From a bacterium (lineage in GTDB: Bacteria; Zhuqueibacterota; Zhuqueibacteria; Oceanimicrobiales; Oceanimicrobiaceae): a stretch of 21,319 nt of DNA. The stretch spans positions 1-21,319 of the forward strand of contig JBHHXT010000071.1 of NCBI GenBank assembly GCA_046757165.1. Direction: 5' to 3'. The notes beneath the pieces are model-generated. The model saw nothing but the letters and a program-made list of their open reading frames with translations. It had not been told where the DNA came from and did no database searches. Position numbers and translations under genes: made by a program. How positions within the stretch are numbered: position 1 is the stretch's first letter; every line of letters starts with the position of its first letter. Shown here piece after piece: positions 16,947 through 21,319 of the stretch.

Positions 16947-17450
16947 ATGAATCGAGTGCAAACATGCTGCGCCTGTTTGCTGGCCCTGCTGTGCTTCACC
17001 ACCCTGCACCTGGCGTGCAAAGGTAGCTCAGCTCCACCCAGGATTGTCATCGAAGACATCTGGTCCCGGCCCGTTCTGATAGACGTTGACCTTAGCTCAA
17101 GGGGGGCAGCAAAAGTAGAAGAGCAACCATGGAGCAGCAATGGGGTTGTCTATCTTAGAATAAGAAATGACGGCGGCACAAGCGATCGCTTGTTGGCGGC
17201 CAAATCAACTGTCTGCAAAGCCACCGAGATTCACATCACCGTCGTCGAGGGCGAGGTCATGAGTATGCATCGCTTGCACGAGGGGCTTGAAATTGCGGCC
17301 GGAGCGGTCGCGGAGTTCGAGCCGGGCGCAGCCCACCTCATGTTGCTCGGCCTGACCCGTTCCCTGAAGCCAGGCGACCGGTTTGAGGTGACTTTGCAGT
17401 TTGAAAAAAGCGGGCAGATGACGGTGGTGTCACAGGTGCAGAAGCCATGA
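16947..17450 (+). CDS. Periplasmic copper chaperone PCu(A)C
   Basis: VYLRIRNDG..DRLL, Cu motif H-x10-M-x22-H-x-M (EIH...MSM...HLM), LKPGDRFEVTLQFEKSG; lipobox-like HLA-C; RBS GGAGG/AAGGA. Confidence 0.95.
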   Translation: MNRVQTCCACLLALLCFTTLHLACKGSSAPPRIVIEDIWSRPVLIDVDLSSRGAAKVEEQPWSSNGVVYLRIRNDGGTSDRLLAAKSTVCKATEIHITVVEGEVMSMHRLHEGLEIAAGAVAEFEPGAAHLMLLGLTRSLKPGDRFEVTLQFEKSGQMTVVSQVQKP

Positions 17451-17531
17451 TCGCCCAACTTCCTGCCCGACCTGCTGGGGCGGAACAAAACACCTTCGCG
17501 CTTTGTTAGCTGTTTCCTGAGACTGAGGGGA

Positions 17532-17798
17532 ATGAAACGAATGAGAGAGAAACTACGAATTGCGTGTGAGCCCGATGTCGTCCGCCGTGCCCTGTTCTAC
17601 GCTGCTGTCGTTGGATGCATCTTGATCGCCATCAACCACGGAGATGCCATTTTGCGTGGTGACTTTGGACAGGCGAGATTGGCCAAAATGGGACTCACGG
17701 TGCTGGTTCCTTACCTGGTGTCAACCCTGTCGAGCGTTGGCACCATTTCGCAGATGCGGAAATCTAACGCCCGGAAGCAGATCACGCCTCGGGTTTGA
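17532..17798 (+). CDS. nrtS: NrtS-family small membrane protein (putative nitrate/nitrite transporter)
   Basis: RRALFYAAVVGCILIAINHGDAI...LTVLVPYLVST matches the NrtS pattern as I recall it; RBS GAGGGG. Confidence 0.75.
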   Translation: MKRMREKLRIACEPDVVRRALFYAAVVGCILIAINHGDAILRGDFGQARLAKMGLTVLVPYLVSTLSSVGTISQMRKSNARKQITPRV

Positions 17799-20784
17799 GG
17801 ATAATCCCACGATTCTTGCGGCCATTCATCTTCACGGTAAGCGGCAGCTCGAAGCGAAGATGGCGGGTGAATTTCAGCCGTTTGCAGGCTTGTTGCGCAT
17901 AGAGCCACGACCAATCGATATGCCCCTCTGGCATCCTCGACGTGACGGTGAAGTAGCCAACACGAAACGACGTCAGGTTGTGGAAAAAGTGCGAGCCCTG
18001 AGACGGGGTGACCTCGATGTCATCAAATCCAGATTCTACAATAACCCGGGCACCAGAAATCTGCTCCCACTTTACCGGGATGCCCAACAACGGATCGAGG
18101 GAGCCCCAGCGCCCCACCCCTACCAGGAGATAGGGCCGGTTCTGCGTCATCAGCGCTTGATTCAAGCTGGTGAGCTCGCTGGCGGCCTCATGGCTCCGCT
18201 GTCGATCAAACCCCTCGGGACCAACCATGACGATATCACGAATGTCATCGATGAGGCCATTGCCCAGCACGTTGCTGCTTCGGCATATCAGCTTCTCGGT
18301 CTCGGTTTCTTCAATCTCCAAAGTATCGAACTCATGCCGAATCACCAGCGGCCGCATTTGCAGAATGGCGAATTCCATCGGCTCGTTTTTGGGGACAGAC
18401 ATCCTGACCGCAAACTCGATCTCGATCGGGGTTCCCATCGCCCAGACGCCTATCTCCAGCAAATGCTCCAGGATTTCGGCCAGCGGGAAGACCTGGTACT
18501 TCAAGACCGGTGCGAACGTCACCAACCGCTGCCCCGGTCGTGAAATCCCGTCATAAATCGCTTCGTTCTCATGGCAATACGTCGAGCCGGCGTACTTCAG
18601 CGTCCCGTCCTGCTCAGCCGTCTCGAGATCCAGCCGCTGGAGCAGAGTGTCTTGCATCTCATTCAAGTTAGCAACGTGACCATTCAGGTTCAGGGCGTAA
18701 AACTGCTGCTGGTTGTTGTTGAGGGTTTCCCGGATGGAATTGAACTGCGGCAGCAGCTGGGGATATCTTGGACAGAACTTCACACACACGCCGCCATCAA
18801 CGACCGTTTTCCCCAGCCCGAGAGCGACCGAGACCAACCCATCTTTGGACACTTGCGGCGCGACGGGGTAGAAATTATACGACTTCGCCACCCCGGCAAA
18901 ATCGGGATAGAAGTAATCGCCGTGCGGACCGCCAACCATCTCCTGAATGACGACAGCCATCTTCTCCTCCTCGAGACGGTAGTCCGTGATTTTGAAATAG
19001 CTTTTGGCGTCTTGCGAGAACGTCGAAGCATAAACCCGTTTGATAGCGCTAAGAAGCTCAAAGAGACGCACATTCAAGTTCTCGTGGTTATTCGGCAGCA
19101 TGAACGTGTCGTACACGCCCGCAAAGGGATAGTACTGGGAGTCCTCGAGCAGACTGGATGAGCGGACCGCCAGCGGGACCTCGATCATCTCGATAAATTC
19201 CCGCAGCTTGTGCAGGGCGTCAAGCGGGAAGTTTTGCACCTCGAGAAACCGACGATTGAGCTCGCGGTCATCCTCGCAGGTGAGGGCAAATTGGTGCAGA
19301 TCGTTTTCATCGAGAAAACGGTCAAAAACCTCTGTGCCCAACACCACAGCCGGCGGCACGGACACATTCACCCGGTCATACGACTCATTGACCTTGTAGT
19401 TGTAAACCAACCTGTTGACGAAACTCAGGCCACGCGCTTTGCCGCCCAAAGAACCGCCGCCGATGCGGGCAAAACTGCTGTGCGGATAAAACGTATCGCG
19501 GTCGAAGTCGGTGATGATGCCGCGTTGTCGATTCCTGCGGTACTCCTGCAGCGATGAAATCAACATCTCACGCAACCCCTGGACAGACTCGAACTCGGAG
19601 AGATGGCGGGGCCGCAATTTGTGCGCAAGCCAGAATTCGGTGCGCGCCTTGAGCCACTTGGAGAAGTGATTGTGGTTGCTGTGGTAGACGATGCTTTCGT
19701 CCGGCACCGCGTGAAGCTGGTGCTCGAGAGACTTCAAATCCGTGGCGCGCCCAACCTCCACACCATCCCCTGTGCGAAAAACAAAATCGCCAAACCCGAA
19801 GTTTTCATCCATAAATTTTCGCAGATCTTGCAGCAACGTCGACGACCCCTTGAGCAAAAAGGCGGCACCAACAGCATTGGCCTTTTGCTCGTTTTCCGGG
19901 TGACTCGATTGCAGCAGAATCGGAATATCGAACTGGTGTCGTTTGACGTTCCTGGCGAACTTCAATCCCGCCTGCGGGTCATATTTTCCCTTACGTTTGT
20001 AATTGATGTCTGAGATGATTCCGAGGATATGGTCCTGATATTTTTTGAAATATTGCCACGCCTCTTCATAGTTGGTGCACAGAAGAATCTTCGGCCGCGC
20101 CCGCATACGCAGAAATTTGTGTGACAGGCTGATGCCTTCCGAGATCAGGCGCCGTGCCTGCTTGAAGAGCTCGACGTAGATAATCGGCAAGAATGAAGAA
20201 TAGTAACGCACGCGATCCTCTATCAGAATAATCGATTGCACGCCAACCATGTCTGTATCCTGCTCCACATTGCGCTTGTCCTCCAGGTACTTGATAATGG
20301 CAATCATGATGCGAAAATCCCCCTGCCACACAAACACCTGGTCGAAGACAGACATGTCATGGTAGAGGGCCAACTCAGAGAGCTCGCGATTATCGTACGC
20401 CAGCAGCACGATCGGAATGGTCAGGCCGGCATCCCGGGCCTTCTTAGCCAATCTGTGCACGGGCATATCCTCGATATGCAGCGTACAGATGATCAAATCA
20501 AACTGCCGCCGTGATTTGGCCAGGGTGATTGCGTCCTTGCCGCTGGAAACCCGAGTCAATTCCGGGGTATGCGTCAAATTCAAGCCCTTGTACTCCTCCC
20601 GGAGAAGCTCGTAAAGACGGCCATCCTCTTCGAAAAGGAACAGGTCATACAAACTGGAAACTAACAGAATATTGCGAATCCGGAACGGCATCAGATTCTG
20701 AAAAACCTGCAAACGGGTGCCATAGCCGTGCTCCAGCCAGTAAGGATTGAACGGCGGCAGAGAATCTCTCTTTTTTTCTTTCAT
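17782..20784 (-). CDS. Large PEP-synthase/PPDK nucleotide-binding-domain protein with N-terminal receiver-like domains
   Basis: Receiver-like segments (NILLVSSLYD; SIILIEDRVRYYS...ILGIISD), PPDK_N motifs (GSLGGKARGL, PLAVRSSSLLEDS, FAGVYDT, EEKMAVVIQEMVG, ALGLGKTVVDG, EIEFA, ILQMRP), C-terminal GRWGS and SQGSHFF. ATG 20784 follows AGGAAG; the track's TTG start at 20865 overlaps the -35 box. Confidence 0.88.
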   Translation of the reverse strand: MKEKKRDSLPPFNPYWLEHGYGTRLQVFQNLMPFRIRNILLVSSLYDLFLFEEDGRLYELLREEYKGLNLTHTPELTRVSSGKDAITLAKSRRQFDLIICTLHIEDMPVHRLAKKARDAGLTIPIVLLAYDNRELSELALYHDMSVFDQVFVWQGDFRIMIAIIKYLEDKRNVEQDTDMVGVQSIILIEDRVRYYSSFLPIIYVELFKQARRLISEGISLSHKFLRMRARPKILLCTNYEEAWQYFKKYQDHILGIISDINYKRKGKYDPQAGLKFARNVKRHQFDIPILLQSSHPENEQKANAVGAAFLLKGSSTLLQDLRKFMDENFGFGDFVFRTGDGVEVGRATDLKSLEHQLHAVPDESIVYHSNHNHFSKWLKARTEFWLAHKLRPRHLSEFESVQGLREMLISSLQEYRRNRQRGIITDFDRDTFYPHSSFARIGGGSLGGKARGLSFVNRLVYNYKVNESYDRVNVSVPPAVVLGTEVFDRFLDENDLHQFALTCEDDRELNRRFLEVQNFPLDALHKLREFIEMIEVPLAVRSSSLLEDSQYYPFAGVYDTFMLPNNHENLNVRLFELLSAIKRVYASTFSQDAKSYFKITDYRLEEEKMAVVIQEMVGGPHGDYFYPDFAGVAKSYNFYPVAPQVSKDGLVSVALGLGKTVVDGGVCVKFCPRYPQLLPQFNSIRETLNNNQQQFYALNLNGHVANLNEMQDTLLQRLDLETAEQDGTLKYAGSTYCHENEAIYDGISRPGQRLVTFAPVLKYQVFPLAEILEHLLEIGVWAMGTPIEIEFAVRMSVPKNEPMEFAILQMRPLVIRHEFDTLEIEETETEKLICRSSNVLGNGLIDDIRDIVMVGPEGFDRQRSHEAASELTSLNQALMTQNRPYLLVGVGRWGSLDPLLGIPVKWEQISGARVIVESGFDDIEVTPSQGSHFFHNLTSFRVGYFTVTSRMPEGHIDWSWLYAQQACKRLKFTRHLRFELPLTVKMNGRKNRGIILKPEA

Positions 20785-20836
20785 CTGCTTCCTGACGCCC
20801 ACATCTACAAATGACAAGCTCAACGATTCAACAGAC

Positions 20837-20865
20837 AAAGTACAAATTGCCCGCCAATCTGTCAA
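20837..20865 (-). promoter_or_regulatory. Sigma70-type promoter for the PPDK_N-domain gene
   Basis: Minus strand: TTGACA (20865-20860), 17 bp, TACTTT (20842-20837), about 50 nt upstream of ATG 20784. Confidence 0.7.
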
Positions 20866-20995
20866 TGATTAAACGGTCTGTCCAGGGAATCGGTTTACCC
20901 TTGCAGATCGACGATGGCCGTCGCCGGAATGAAACTATGCACGAGGAAGGTTCGTAAGTAGCTTCGACACTCCAATCAACGGTCAGGAGGAAAAA

Positions 20996-21271
20996 ATGGA
21001 CGTAGCTGTCATCCTGTTGCTGCTCGCGGCGTTTTTGATTTTCTTTAAATTGCTGGGCGTTCTGTTCAAGGCTGGCATCTTCGTTTTGACCCTCCCTTTG
21101 CAGATCATTGGCGCCGTCCTGGGGGTTGTCGTGCTCATGGTGCTCGTTCCGTTCGCGATGGTTGCGGGCGTTGTGGCGACGGTTCTTGCGCCATTGCTGG
21201 CCGTGGGGCCCCTCCTGCCCTTTTTGTTGATCTTGCTTGGCGTTTATCTCATCGGCAGACATCACTCCTGA
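20996..21271 (+). CDS. Small hydrophobic membrane protein of unknown function
   Basis: Strong RBS AGGAGG just upstream of the ATG; 91 aa, almost entirely hydrophobic, 2-3 TM segments. Confidence 0.8.
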   Translation: MDVAVILLLLAAFLIFFKLLGVLFKAGIFVLTLPLQIIGAVLGVVVLMVLVPFAMVAGVVATVLAPLLAVGPLLPFLLILLGVYLIGRHHS

Positions 21272-21319
21272 GCGAACACCACGAGATTTTTCGAAACCGC
21301 TTCATCGAATTTGCTTCTC

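Noticed and set aside
17644..20514. Series of plus-strand ORFs (299, 196, 115, 136, 92 aa)
   Set aside because: Antisense shadows of the PPDK_N-domain gene; no protein-family features.
20828..21265. 145-aa Q/N/E/H-rich minus-strand ORF
   Set aside because: Its composition is the mirror image of the hydrophobic plus-strand gene, which has the strong RBS; it would also run over the promoter at 20837-20865.

Overview
Bacterial chromosomal window from a diderm; the taxon cannot be assigned from the sequence alone. On the minus strand (354-11444) is a 12-gene type II secretion system operon: gspE-F-O-G-H-I-J-K-L(PilM-PilN-like)-M(PilO-like)-C-D. Divergent from it is a tightly coupled four-gene operon: OmpR-family response regulator, outer-membrane beta-barrel, small periplasmic binding-protein-like gene, HAMP histidine kinase. 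Next come a monoheme cytochrome c, SCO and PCuAC trio (all probable lipoproteins) and an NrtS-like gene. These are followed by a convergent ~1000-aa receiver-like/PPDK_N protein and a small membrane protein. The most notable observation is a non-coding element present twice in the same orientation (175-210 and 11610-11645, 27/36 identical without gaps), with TTAA-like repeats every 10 bp and a -10-like hexamer at the same spacing. One copy precedes the T2SS operon and the other precedes whatever follows gspD off the left edge. This suggests, by inference only, a porin/binding-protein/two-component relay co-activating a dedicated T2SS and its cargo. No RNA genes, CRISPR arrays or mobile elements were found.
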